From Takakia lepidozioides (lineage: Eukaryota > Plantae > Bryophyta): a stretch of 64,000 bases of DNA. This document shows positions 1 through 10,460 of this stretch, in pieces (position 1 is the first letter of the stretch; the number at the start of each line of letters is the position of its first letter). A program made the translations under genes and the position numbers. The stretch is taken from the NCBI GenBank assembly GCA_030704615.1, contig JAKLZA010000360.1, forward strand, positions 355 through 64,354, read 5' to 3'. Below the pieces are notes generated by a model. That model made no database searches and had not been told where the DNA came from. It saw nothing but the letters and a program-made list of their open reading frames with translations.

Positions 1-9
1 ACGGGAACA

Positions 10-1265
10 GAAATGCGGCACCGCATTTCCGTCAAAGTCGCACTTTTCGACATTCCATAAAGGAAATGCGCGCCGCATTTCCATTTTTGTATCTGATGCC
101 TGGAGCCGAGTAAGATTCCGAACAGCTTCAACAGCGCAATTCCGAACGGTTGAGACATTCAACTATCCAGAACGGAAATGCGGCACCGCATTTCCGTTCT
201 GACTGAAAATCGTGAACTATCTGAACTGAAATGCGGCACCGTGATTTTCCATCCGAGTCGCACCTACCATCATTCCAGAACGGAAATGCGGCACGCATTT
301 CCGTTCTGACTGAAAATCGTGAACCATCGGAACTGAAATGCGGCAACGTATTTCCATCCGAGTCGCACCTACATCAGGCCAGAACGGAAATGCGGCACCG
401 CATTTCCGTCTGACTGAAAATCGTGAACCATCGGAAACTGAAATGCGGCAGGCATTTCCATCCGAGTCGCACCTCCCAACATTCCAGAACGGAATGTATT
501 AGTTAAAAGGGAAATGCGGCACCGCATTTCGTTCTGATGAAATATCCTGAAACATCGGAATTGAATGCGGTACCGCATTTCCGTCGGAGTCCCACCATCC
601 GACATTCCAAAACGGAAATGCGGCACCGCATTTCCGTTTTGTATGTGAGGCATGGATGTGGAACGAAAATGCGGGAAGGCATTTCCGCCAGCGTCAGCGT
701 TAATACTCTACAGAACGGAAATGCGGTACCGCATTTCCATTCTGACTGAAAATCGTTGCGCAAGGGTACAGAAATGCGGCACCGCATTTCCGTTCGAGTC
801 GCACCTTCCGACATTCTCGAACGGAAATGCGGCGCCGCATTTCGTTTTGTATATTCGGCCTGGAGCTGTGCTACGGAAATGTGTTGCCGCATTTCCATCC
901 ATGTGAGACCTTCAACCTTTCCAGACCGGAAATGCGACACCGCATTTCTGTCCAGGTGAGACCTCTATACTTTCCCGAACGGAAATGTGGCACGGCATTT
1001 CCATTCATCAACTAACGTATGTGAAGTGGGAACGGAAATGCGGCGCCGCATTTCCCTTCTGAATCTCATACTTGGAGCTGTGGGACGGAAATGCGGCACC
1101 GTATTTCCGTTCAACAACTAAGGTATGTGAAGGTGGAACGGAAATGCGGTGCCGCATTTTCTTCCAACAAGTACGGATGTGTAGCAGAGTGATCGTACTT
1201 AACGGAAATGCGGCGCCGCATTCGCATTCTCGCTCCAACTCATCAGACGCTGGGACGGAAATGCC
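10..1265. repeat. Array of about 23 copies of the 22-bp palindrome GGAAATGCGGCRCCGCATTTCC, ~52-53 bp period
   Basis: GAAATG starts at 10, 63, 175, 228, 283, 335, 387, 440, 511, 562, 615, 666, 718, 771, 824, 876, 929, 982, 1035, 1088, 1141, 1205 and 1258. Confidence 0.95.
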
Positions 1266-1658
1266 TTGAAATGTGAACACGTGGAGCAACGGAATTGCTG
1301 CACATGTCGGCACTCTATCTGACTGAAGGGCATGAGGCGGCGCGGCCTGACCGTTGGATAATGATGTTTGATTTTCGGACGGCGGGCGTACCCTCAACGA
1401 TTCGAATTTCGTAATGACGCAAACTCCACGAGGAGACACTTTCGTCCAACCTTTCGAAACCAAGTGGTGCATCACCGCCGTTTCATCTACTTTTGTCGTG
1501 TCTCCTCAGTCACCCCTCTCGCGCCCTTTCCATCTGCACTCTTGCCCCTTTTCCCTCTCTCTGTTCTTCTTATGCTCGAACCTGAGAGGGGGGGAGTTCG
1601 TGCACCAGACAGGAGACCTCGTCGCAAGCTCCGGAAATTATACTTCGGACGTAGGCCA

Positions 1659-4600
1659 ATGCCGAAGGGGAGGAAGCAGATGCGTCTACAGGAGGAGATT
1701 GCCATCTCCGAGCAGCAGGCCACTCAGGCAACCCAGCCACAGTGAGAGCTCCATGCGATCGGGCTGCGCGCAGCTGATCGAGCACCGAACCCCCCATTTT
1801 GCTTCTGTAATTCTTAGACTGAATGCTAGGAGACTTGAATGCAGAACATGTTTGCATGCCTAACAGGAAAGGTGGACGTGCTGGAGGGATCGCAGGAATC
1901 CGAAGAGCCGCAGGAAGAGTCCGAGGAGCTAGCTGCAGCACGTACACCCACCCGATCCCCGAGGCGGGTACTCCTGCCGGGCCTAGCCCTCTGCGATTCA
2001 AAGACGCGTCTTCGAAGGGCAAGTTCAAAGTCTCGGAGATCGACTCGCGTTCTTCGATCATGGAGAATCGCCAGCACGGGTCGGGCCCTTCTCCAGCAAA
2101 GTCGAAGAAGAAGCAGCCCGTCCCTCTACTGGCTTCTGAACCGGCTCAGGCCGATTCACCCCCCCCAACGCGAATGAAGCAGCAGGGTAGAAGACAGATT
2201 CTATTGCAGCAGACACCTTCACCTGCAAGGATGAGGAAGCAGAAGGCAATCAGGGCGACGGGCGAACAATCTCCCGCAAAACCGCTTCCACGAGCTGAAG
2301 CTCAGTTCCTGGAGGATTTCCCGCCTGCAGATGTTGGGGCCGACTCTGCTGCAGCGAAGGCAATGGGATCGACCGTTGATCTCGATTTGGTACCGGAGGA
2401 GGGTGCTGCCGCTGAACGTTCGCAGGCAGACCTCACCACCGATGAGCTAGCAGGCCCGGAGGAGGCCTCTGCAGTGGCAGAATTGCCCGCACACAGGCCC
2501 CAGAGTGCAGCTCCAGTTGAGGATGCTCCACCTGCTCAGCCACTACCTGCACCTACAGACATGTCTCCGGAGGATTTCAAAAGTGCAGCGGATAAAATGT
2601 TGGAGGAGACACACAGTAGCATTGGCAGAGTTCTGGGCAGCAGGGTATTCCAGCGGACTCTTCGAATCCCACTCTGTCGCATGGTCTCCCTTCCCATCGT
2701 CAGGCAGGCCCTTCCCGGAGATGTGGATAAGCTCAAGTTCGCATTTCGAGAAGGGTACCGTCTGGGATCGGCAGCGTTTTACGTTTCCATAGAGAATGAG
2801 GACGGCGAAACCCGTGGACCCACTGCCGATGAATTGTCAACGTGGGATACCCACTGGCACACTCGCAACCACGAATTCGAGGCGACGCTGAAGGGTGATC
2901 CCGACTTCGGCCATATGTCGGGAAAAATGTTCTTTGTGTGGGACGGGAATCACCGACTTCTCGCCTGGTGGGAGTACATCAAGCAGAACCATGCCAAGCA
3001 CATTGGCTGGCATTACATGGTGGAGTGTGTCATCCTCAAGGTGAAGGCGGCAGACTCCTCCCTCCTCAAGAATGCCATGGCGGACCTCAACTCGTAAGAT
3101 ACTCATACCCTCCCTAGCACATTCGAAATGCGGTGCCGCATTTCGGTTTCCATTCTGGTTTGATTCCGTGCTTCCGTGTACTGAACTGGAGAGTGTGCCT
3201 TGCAGGGTCACTGAGAATGCGTACGTGCATACCCACATGGCACATATGCTGTACAGGGTGAGGAAAACTGGTCTTACTGATCCGCAGATGTTTGCGGAAA
3301 TGCTGGAGCCGGAGCTGATTCAGAAAGCCGTTGCAAAAACAGACCGGACATGGTATCGTCTCACTATGGATGGAATGGTGGAGGTGATATACGAAGTAAG
3401 TCGTGCTCCAATTTCCCTCTGCTCATCCTTCCCCAATTTCCAGTAATGTTTCCACATGAATCGAATGTAACGCTTCTGCATGTTTTTGTTGGCAGTCAAA
3501 CATCAAGCTGGATTTGGCCCATGCCAAACGCTTCTTCATGGAAAGTGAGGGGCAGGTCAAAACGTTGCAGTCATTGACTGAGCACTTGAAGGAAGCCGGT
3601 GTCAAGTCCAGAACCAAATACAAGTCAAAGCTTGTGAAGCTGGTGGCAATTGCAGATCCGGCACTTGGAAAGGACTTCATCCCCGAGATTGCAAAACACT
3701 ATTCTCGGGCCATGCAGCCGACCATGCAATTGGAGAAACTGCATCACCTCTCAACGGCATGTGTGGAGGCGAAAGAGAAGGTGAGGTTTCAATGCACTGA
3801 ATTTCCTTCCTAGCAATAGCCACTCTCTTCCAGCCACTGACATTGGATCGGAAATGGCAGACACGGTGGCTGTCGATCTGGAATGCATCCGAGAGCATAA
3901 GGACAATGTGGTCTTTTCCACTGGAAGTTTCCGACCCTGCAGTGGATGTGTGGCTCAACCGCATGACTTGGTGGTTCCAGGTAATTCAAGGTACTTCCCC
4001 AGATTTGCTTTTCTGACATGAATTCCCTGAACTGCTACGTGACAATGCATTTGGGAATGGCAGGTAATGTCGAATGCAAAGGAGCAAGTCGTAATGCACA
4101 CAAATTCGTTCGGCTTGTACGTCAAATGGGATGGAACACAGACATTGGAAGACTACGTGACACGTTTCAGATGTGCGTACAAGGACAACCTTTTCGCCAG
4201 AGAGCTACAGACAGCAAGAAGGAGCGTGGAGTTTACACATCAGGAGGGAGCGGGGAAAGCTGCAATGCGAATTGTTTACAGGTGAAGCACAGCTGCCCTT
4301 GTATGCGAAGCCTGGTTACGAGGTTTGTCTCGGAAATGCGGCACCGCATTCGCATTTTATGTTTTCGGTGGCACTCTGCCAGTAGGTTGGTCTCAAGTTT
4401 TGCTCACGCATGCTGACTGCCTTGCAGGTATATGAAATACGTGCTCCTTCAGACAGGGGCCCTGGCTCAAGAGCCCCCGTTCTTCATGGCTTGGACCGTG
4501 GCGGGCCCAAGCTGTGTCTACACACCCGAGATGCAGAAACAATGGCATCCCGCGCATCTCGTTGGATGCCCGTGGTACCTGGACATGTCTGGCGGTATTG

Positions 4601-6778
4601 TTGACGAGTCTGAGAAAGATCTGCACGCCTTGGCAGAAGAGAAGAGAAAGGAAAGACGTGTCCCTGCTGGGCCAAAGTCGGCAAAGGAATCTGCTGCTCT
4701 GGAAGAATCCAGAAAGGCAGCTGAGATGGCACAAAAGACGGTGGATGCAGCTGTGCAGGCCCAACAGAAGGGGTCGAAGAAGAGGACTCGCCAGCAAGGA
4801 GCAGCTGTTGTGACACCCGCCAAAACGAAGAAGCAGAAACAGCCTGTTCAGGAAGAGGGTGAGGAAGAGGACTCCGATGGAGACTTTGCAACCAGCCCAC
4901 CCCCCAAACGCAGGCTGCCTCCCCTGTGCCCACCGTTGTCACGAGAGGCACGAGAACTGGCTCGGCAAAGAAGGCACTCTTCAACCCCCCAGGGGGGCAC
5001 CCTTTCGAGCCGGTGGAAATGAAGAGGCCGAAAGTGGCTCCCGAAACTGTAGTCCAGTGTGTAAATGAGAGTTTCTTGGCGGCTTTGGATGGACGGGCAG
5101 CCAAGTTAGCATACACGAAGACCATGGAGGGTCTGAAGGGCAGAGCACTGAAGAAGGCGACTGCCGAAGAGCCTTCCGACACCCCAGGATTTCAGAATAT
5201 GGTCTCGTTCTTTGAGAGGGTGTGTGCAGACAAGGATTGTAGGAGGGGCGGAAATGCCACCGAGTGGTCTTGCGATATGATCATCTTGGATATTCCGGAC
5301 GGAGAGCCTGTGGAAGGACTGCAAGCTTTGCCATCTTGGAACAGGTACTCGGAGGACTTTTGGAAGAAAGGATTCGGGCTTGCCCGCATGGTGTTGGACG
5401 ACAGAGGCTGTGTGGTTGTCCTGGCGAGCAGAGGAAAAACACTCAGACAGGAATTGCGAAGTGGACCCGCAAGAGCGCCGTCCCGATTCTGAAAAGAAGT
5501 GGACGTGCATCAACACACTGGGCCTTCGGTCGGAAGGGAAGAAGGTGATTACGACACTGGCACTCGTCCATTGATTTGCTTGGGTGCTTTCAAATGCGGT
5601 GCCGCATTCGGTTTCTAATCGTTTTCCCCCTGTGTATGCAGACGAAGCAGTTCGATGCATACTGCTTTGTGAAGGAAAACTCCACCTTTGCTTTCCGGAA
5701 GGAGGGAGGAAAGGTTGACCCGAACTGCGACCCACTCGATTACGACGTTCTGTTCAACAACGTTCCCAAGGAACTTCTCCCTCATAGCCTCACTTCAACG
5801 GAACCCCTGCGGTACTCACGGACTCGGAGCCCTGCCTTCATTCAGACAATTATGGAGACATGCACAGACGTGGAGGGCACAGTGCTGGACCTCATCTGTG
5901 GGACAGGTATGCAGAATCTTGATCTCTGCTGTTCTGCAAATTCTCGTTAGGATGTAGTTCGCAACATCTGAAGCGCCATGTGGTAATGTGTGGATGGCAT
6001 TGTAACAGGTGCCTCAATGTGGGCTGGGCGGTTTTCCGACCGGCACCTCTTTGCCTACGAGGAGGATTCATCCGTGTGGGGATCCCATCTGGAGGGGCTG
6101 CAACGGAATGTGAAGGCTCCCGACAGAGCGGAAGTCTCCTCGGATTCGTCGGAGTCCGAGGAAGACACAGTGGACATTGATGCAGAGGAGAACCCGGAAT
6201 ACGAGTGAGTGCAAACATTGTAAGTTTGCAAAGCCTTCTGGGTCATTTATGTCAAAGGAATTTCCCGACTGTGGTTCTCATTAGTCTCGTTGATGATTGT
6301 CATGTGCAGGATTGCAGGGTCCGGGTCGAAGCATGTAGGGCCTACACTTCCTGCCAGGAAGAATGTCCCGTTCTTTGCGAGGGCCGACTTCATGACGAGC
6401 CCGGTGAGGGACTACTCCCTTCCTAGTTATGCAGCTAAACTCGCAAATACAGCGATTAGAAGAAGTGAGAATCCCAGTAAAGTAGAGCAGATTTTGGAGA
6501 GGGCTAGGGAGGACAGAAGGATAAGGAAAGAGTTGGCAGCAGCTCAGACAGGTAGACGGGTACGAAAGTACATATGTGATTCAGCGGATGAGAGCGACGC
6601 AGACAGGGAGGAGGACGACCCAACGGAGGTGAGATGGACAGTTCCGCAAGGGGAAGATGGGATTTTTGAAAGCCTGGCCAACGAGCAGTCCGCTGGAGAT
6701 GAGAGAGGCACTGAGGGGGTGGAGGAGGAGCAGGACAGTCTAGAACAGGATGAGGATTCCGATGATTTTCAAGATTAA
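1659..6778 (+). CDS. Multi-exon gene: ParB/Srx-like domain fused to a beta-class (N6-adenine/N4-cytosine) DNA methyltransferase-like domain, about 1,300-1,400 aa
   Basis: GT-AG exons join in frame: (1659-1741 possible), 1867 or 2060-3093, 3206-3395, 3496-3780, 3861 (or 3834)-3980, 4064-4281, 4428-5544, 5642-5906, 6009-6204, 6310-6778. ParB-like segment runs RIPLCRMV...VDKLKFAFREGY...FFVWDGNHRLLAW. MTase motifs occur in beta order: CDMIILDIPDG (IV), LARMVLDDRGCVVV, RSPAFIQTIMETCTDVEGTVLDLICGTG (X, I), GASMWAGRFSDRHLFAYEED. Three -1 frameshifts fall in homopolymers (~4902, ~5437, ~5493) and may be read errors. Confidence 0.8.
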
Positions 6779-6959
6779 TAGAATTTTAATGAAGTCTCTG
6801 TAAATGTAAATTCTCTTCCAGAGTATATAAAGAAAATTCTGCCCGACATTCGTGACCCCTCTCCAGTGTGCATTCCAGCCACACAATCGCCCAAACCAGG
6901 ACGCTCCCAAAATCAGAAATGGGACAGGGCATTTCCAAAATTTTGGCAACTCTAAGAAC

Positions 6960-7712
6960 CTCTTTTGGAAATGCGGCACCGCATTTCCAAAACAGGGGAG
7001 GGACTAATTTTTCCATTTCAATGTTGGCATAGTAAAAAGTAATCTGAATTGGGAATGCGGTGCCGCATTTCCAAAATTTCCTTTGTCCACACGCCAGTTT
7101 TGGCCTCTCCCGCTCATTGCATGGATGCCACCACGCTTACAGAGGTCGAACAAGGAGGTCGAACAAGGAGGCCGACATGGCGGGATTGGAAATGCGGTGC
7201 CGCATTTCCATATTGGGGATGGTGGTTGTTCGAACTGCAGACCCATCAAAAAACTGGCACCGCATTCCATTGTAAAAAAAAAGTCGATGACGGACATGGA
7301 AATGCGGCGCCGCATTTCCAGAACGGACATCGCAATTTGTCAATTTGCAGACCCTCTCTCGGAAATGCGGTAACGCATTCCATCGCGCTGGTCGGAAATA
7401 GGTGCACTTTTCGAAGTGTTGGACGGAAATGCGGCACCGCATTCCCTTGTCCAAAAAGAAGTTTCCATTGCCAAGCTGGAAATGCGTCGCCGCATTTGCA
7501 ATGCCAACCTCGTTTTCTGATCAATTTATAGACCCGTGTTGGTATTTCGTGTACCTGGACGGAAATGATGCACCGCATTTTCTTGTCCCACATGGAAATG
7601 CGGTGCCGCATTTCGATGTCCGACATGGAAATGCGGTGCCGCATTTCGATCCCGACTTGGAAATGCGGCGCCGCATTTCGATGCCGACATGGAAATGCGG
7701 TGCCGCATTTCA
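6960..7712. repeat. Second cluster of A-type palindromes, ending in a 32-33 bp tandem run
   Basis: GGAAATGCGGYRCCGCATTTC copies at ~6967, 7051, 7188, 7298, 7361, 7425 and 7478, then 7561, 7594, 7627, 7659 and 7691. Confidence 0.9.
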
Positions 7713-8339
7713 ATGTCCGACATGGCGTTACTCTGGTATATTCTTGACACATGACTCACATACCGGTTACTCTGCTTTATTCAACCAGACAGACAAATTG
7801 TAGAAATGAGACATCAAATTGTAAACAGTGGTCCAAATCCGAGAGTTATTCAACACAATGAAACACAGTTATACAGAAGTGAGGTACATTCCAGGGCACA
7901 CTCCAGGGCACATTTAAATTTCCCCCGTACAGGATCCTGGACCGATGAAGATTGGCTGCTGCATGAATGTAGCCGTTTCAGTTTCCTACCCTGCCATGCA
8001 AACTATGGGCAGTCACTGCCAGGTGGGCCGATAGCCACTGGACACGACGAAGTCCATCCCCTCTTCGATGTTAATGCGGCGCCGAATTTTCATCCGGGGG
8101 GATGGATTTCGGTGGCAGATCTCAAACTATAACTTGTTGATGAGAAAGATGTATGGCTTCATCCACCGCTGGCGTGATGAACACGTTCCACCTCCGTCGG
8201 TGGGTACGTGTGACCCAGATGCTCCATTTTGGAGGCCGGACTGCTCTTCCGCTTCGTATCTTTTCCAAAATCTAAGGGCTTCGTAGCTGTCCGCAAGGTC
8301 ATCGGCATCCAAGTCGTCCTCAGGTCCTCCTTTGCAAGG

Positions 8340-8903
8340 ATGCCGTGCTTCCGGAACCGGGACGACTGCCCCTTTGGAGGCATCGATTATGCAATGTATT
8401 CGGCCACATCGGGAGACATTGTTATCTGGTACACAGATTACACAGAAGATACTGGTTCGATTGTGGAAACATTGGTGGCTTTTGAGTATATCGTAGGCCA
8501 CTACGCCTTCGAGCGGGGTGACGATCTTGGTTTGAGGAGTCCGTGGCTCCTGCGCATCCTCGATTCCGATTTTCCCAGCTACGACGGTCACCCATGCAGA
8601 AGAAGGCGCACTGCTATGCTGTTGCGGTGGAACTGCTGCCACTGGACGTGGGTGGACTCAATCGGAGAGACCTATTCTCCTCGAGGAGTGCGCTCCTCTT
8701 CTCCATTGTATGGGGACATTCGCATTGGTGTGGACGACGAAAACGTGAAGATTTCCATATTCGATGGTGGTATGATTGAAGGGCAGGACATTGTGGTGAA
8801 CATCACTAGGGGCGGTACAACGGCTGCAATCGACTTTACATGGAGGAGCCCCAGGACTCATGAGCTAGTTCTGAGAGCAGTCGAAGTCCCATTGACAACG
8901 TGA
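8340..8903 (+). CDS. Unknown ~187-aa protein ('ORF-X'), conserved between MULE A and MULE B
   Basis: ATG 8340 lies within ORF 8229-8903. It aligns by eye with B ORF 44287-44838 (WLLRILDSDFP / WFLRIMDLDFP; RTAMLLRWNCCHWT / RTALLYRWNCCEWT; VKISIFDGGMI / VKMSFYQGGAI). Confidence 0.75.
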   Translation: MPCFRNRDDCPFGGIDYAMYSATSGDIVIWYTDYTEDTGSIVETLVAFEYIVGHYAFERGDDLGLRSPWLLRILDSDFPSYDGHPCRRRRTAMLLRWNCCHWTWVDSIGETYSPRGVRSSSPLYGDIRIGVDDENVKISIFDGGMIEGQDIVVNITRGGTTAAIDFTWRSPRTHELVLRAVEVPLTT

Positions 8904-9315
8904 CTTGTATTCAGTAGGCACAGGGCTCAAGATTTGAGGGCACAATCAGCACAGTAGACGTGCTTCAAATGCAATTCATGTGGATCAATAAAAACCTCAT
9001 TGTGCCCTCTTTTTATTCTATTCTGTGTCCATTGTTCCGAGAATGCGTCATTGCTCATTTCGTTTGGGATTGGGAGTGTGGGTGAATTTTGCAAATGGCT
9101 GGTAGGCTGAAATGGGCCCCCATTGTACAGAGCAATACCACCCTACCATTCGCGAAACATTGCCTTTCAATATATAATTCTAAATAACATTGCGGAACCT
9201 CCTTCATCGGGAGGTCCTTCTCCCCCTATGACCGTGGCACCCTAAACCCTATTCCCGCGGACACTCATTTCCGGAAAATAGTGCTGCTCATGTTTTTTTC
9301 CACACTTACGACTCT

Positions 9316-9366
9316 GCTCATGGCTCATGCCGCTCATGGCTCATGGCTCATGAAATAGCAGCCCCC
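9316..9366 (-). repeat. Right TIR of MULE A with GCTCATG subterminal repeats
   Basis: gctcatggctcatgccgctcatggctcatggctcatgaaatagcagccccc; the reverse complement begins GGGGGCTGCTATTTCATGAGC. Confidence 0.85.
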
Positions 9367-10460
9367 GTGTCATGACCTTCCGCCTGTGGTACCTCCGACA
9401 CAGGTGTGTGTATTATATGCACCTCAGGATTTCCCTTGGGCAACTGTTGCACCTCTGGGATTTCTGTCTCCTTGACCAGACCAGAATATTCATAGAGAAG
9501 GTCCCCCTTCTCTATTTCTGCCACTATCTGTTCTGTAGTTGGAATATCTAACCCTTCACTTTCCAAATCAATTATTTCTGGTTGAGCTGCATGGATAACT
9601 TGTGACCTTGTGACAAGTCGTTCAAGTGGCTGTGATGGTTGTGATGCAGAAGTAACTTCCTCCTCCCTCTCTGAAGGTCCTGCTTCCAGTAATAGCATTT
9701 CTCTGTGCTGCTGTGCCCCTTCCTGGCCATGAGCTTGGGAAACATTATCATGCGGAATCCGTGAAGCCAGTGGATCCGCCACTACAGTCTTTCCCCGTCT
9801 CTGCCTCTTAGTCTCGGGTTGCCCTGCTAGTCCACCCTCACTATGTGAAGAGCCTTGCTCTTCCATTGCAGTTGTTTCTGGCTCAAACACTCCCATTTCC
9901 TTTCTTTCTTGCGCATTAAGTATGCCAGAATCAAGGATTATTTGAGCAATGATTGGGCCAGACACTATCATAGGAGACTTTGCGGTAGTACCTTGTAATC
10001 TTTTCATCTCCTCTACCAGTGCGTTGTACATTATGTCCGCCCATTGTACCTCTCGTCCCTTCAGGCCTTTGAGTATTTCCTCCGTGAAGGATCTGCTCAA
10101 ATACTGTTGGTTCTGTTTCATGGCAATCAGAACGTTCAATACCTGGCCTACCTCTTTTAACCCTGGGTACACAGCCTTGGTACAAGCATAACTCTGAGTT
10201 TTAAAGAAACTCCCTTCTTGGAATAAGTCATTTATTTGCAGTCTTGCCCTGTGTTGCTCCACATGCACCTGACCTGCTGGCAATCGAAACAATTGCTGGA
10301 GGTATAGGGGAGTAATCATTAATTCAACTCCCTTCACCGTTGTTGTTCCTGTCCTTGGCTCAAAGTTCTGCAAAAATTGTAACATGTACTGTCTATGGTG
10401 TAGTGTCCAATCTAGGCTTTGCAATCCTTGCAATCTCAGCTCCTCCAGTATCTGTATCGC
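9367..10460 (-). pseudogene. 3' (env-position) ORF truncated by insertion of MULE A
   Basis: Matches the N-terminus of ORF 31318-34761 apart from a few substitutions up to AEGHDT, then reads into the TIR. Confidence 0.9.

Larger units (their letters stand above)
1..9366. mobile_element. Mutator-like (MULE) DNA transposon 'A', right part; left end lies outside the window
   Basis: Right end GGCTCATGAAATAGCAGCCCCC (ends at 9366) matches the TIR of element B (GCTCATGGAATAGCAACCCCC). It has GCTCATG subterminal repeats and abuts Gypsy 3'-ORF sequence precisely at 9367. It shares two homologous genes with B. The superfamily is inferred from B's 9-bp TSD and G-starting TIRs; no transposase is visible in the window. 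Confidence 0.75.

Noticed and set aside
10-1265. CRISPR array (22-bp palindromic repeats with ~31-bp spacers)
   Set aside because: Several spacers are copies of each other (gttctgactgaaaatcgtgaac; atccgagtcgcacct). The repeats are degenerate and also dispersed in introns, there are no cas genes, and the context is a eukaryotic transposon.
128-1475. Many short ORFs with MRHRIS / CGAAFP / GNAVPHF peptides (also at 7000-7800)
   Set aside because: These are translations of the palindrome in different frames, not proteins.
1659-6778. Bacterial or phage contamination as the source of the ParB-MTase
   Set aside because: The gene has at least eight frame-consistent GT-AG introns and lies within a TIR-bounded element nested in a plant-type Gypsy.
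8127-8642. 171-aa minus-strand ORF in element A
   Set aside because: It overlaps ORF-X antisense; ORF-X has a homologue in B while this frame has none.
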